Both the position numbers and the translations under genes were made by a program. A model generated the notes under the pieces. The model did no database searches. It saw only the letters and a program-made list of their open reading frames with translations, and was not told the DNA's origin. A stretch of 26,152 nucleotides of DNA from a virus (Duplodnaviria; Caudoviricetes). How positions within the stretch are numbered: position 1 is the first letter of the stretch; each line of letters opens with the position of its first letter. This document shows, one piece after another, positions 25,941 to 26,152 of the stretch. The stretch covers positions 1 to 26,152 of the IMG/VR virus record IMGVR_UViG_3300035562_000067; one strand, given 5' to 3'.

Positions 25941-26152
25941 TCATGATGCTAAATGCCTTGAACGTGATGCAATTCTTTTCTCCGCAGTCCACCGCAAGGA
26001 TCCTGAATCCAACGTTTCAACAAGAGATAGCAGTGTGTTCCAGTGCCCACTGTAGGTTTCCGACCATGTCGATTTACTCACCCCAGATAGCTCTGCCAAT
26101 TGCGTATGGGTATATTCCTTCGGCCATCCTTTTATCTCACTGGCCACTACCT
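25941..26152 (-). CDS. Q: Late antiterminator Q, C-terminal part (5' end outside the window)
   Basis: HTH-like Y...QLAEL.GVSKSTWSETY..HW; position upstream of pR'/tR' and lysis genes. Confidence 0.8.
   Translation of the reverse strand, partial: VVASEIKGWPKEYTHTQLAELSGVSKSTWSETYSGHWNTLLSLVETLDSGSLRWTAEKRIASRSRHLAS

Larger units (their letters stand above)
119..26152 (-). mobile_element. Prophage, late region and left accessory end of an SfV/phiP27-like temperate myophage; continues beyond the right edge
   Basis: Complete, ordered, co-oriented lysis-packaging-head-neck-tail-baseplate-fibre gene set with no obvious disruption; att-like core at 108-136. Confidence 0.97.

Overview
Except for the first ~120 bp, this window is the late-gene half of an integrated temperate myophage from an Enterobacterales host. 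It has SfV/phiP27-type architecture: an HK97-like head and a Mu-like contractile tail. Read on the minus strand from the right end, it contains the 3' end of antiterminator Q, a pR'-like promoter with tandem terminators, two holins, an M15 endolysin, Rz/Rz1, an Acb2-like anti-CBASS protein, a three-gene cassette (Maf/GT-A-like transferase, GT9-like glycosyltransferase, SAM methyltransferase), HNH, a probable cos region, terS/terL, portal, protease, capsid, neck, sheath, tube, a chaperone with a -1 frameshift site, tape measure, baseplate, tail fibre and Tfa. Between the fibre genes and the att site is a plus-strand accessory block: LexA-boxed tandem dinI-like genes, a hicAB toxin-antitoxin pair and an AT-rich acyltransferase-3 gene. 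The left junction is a tyrosine-integrase core site (11-bp inverted arms around a 7-bp spacer) within what look like the first codons of host ettA (yjjK). The best candidate for an undescribed system is the GT-GT-MTase cassette coupled into the late operon beside acb2, which I infer could glycosylate the virion or another phage product. All family calls come from motif recognition by eye; no searches were run.
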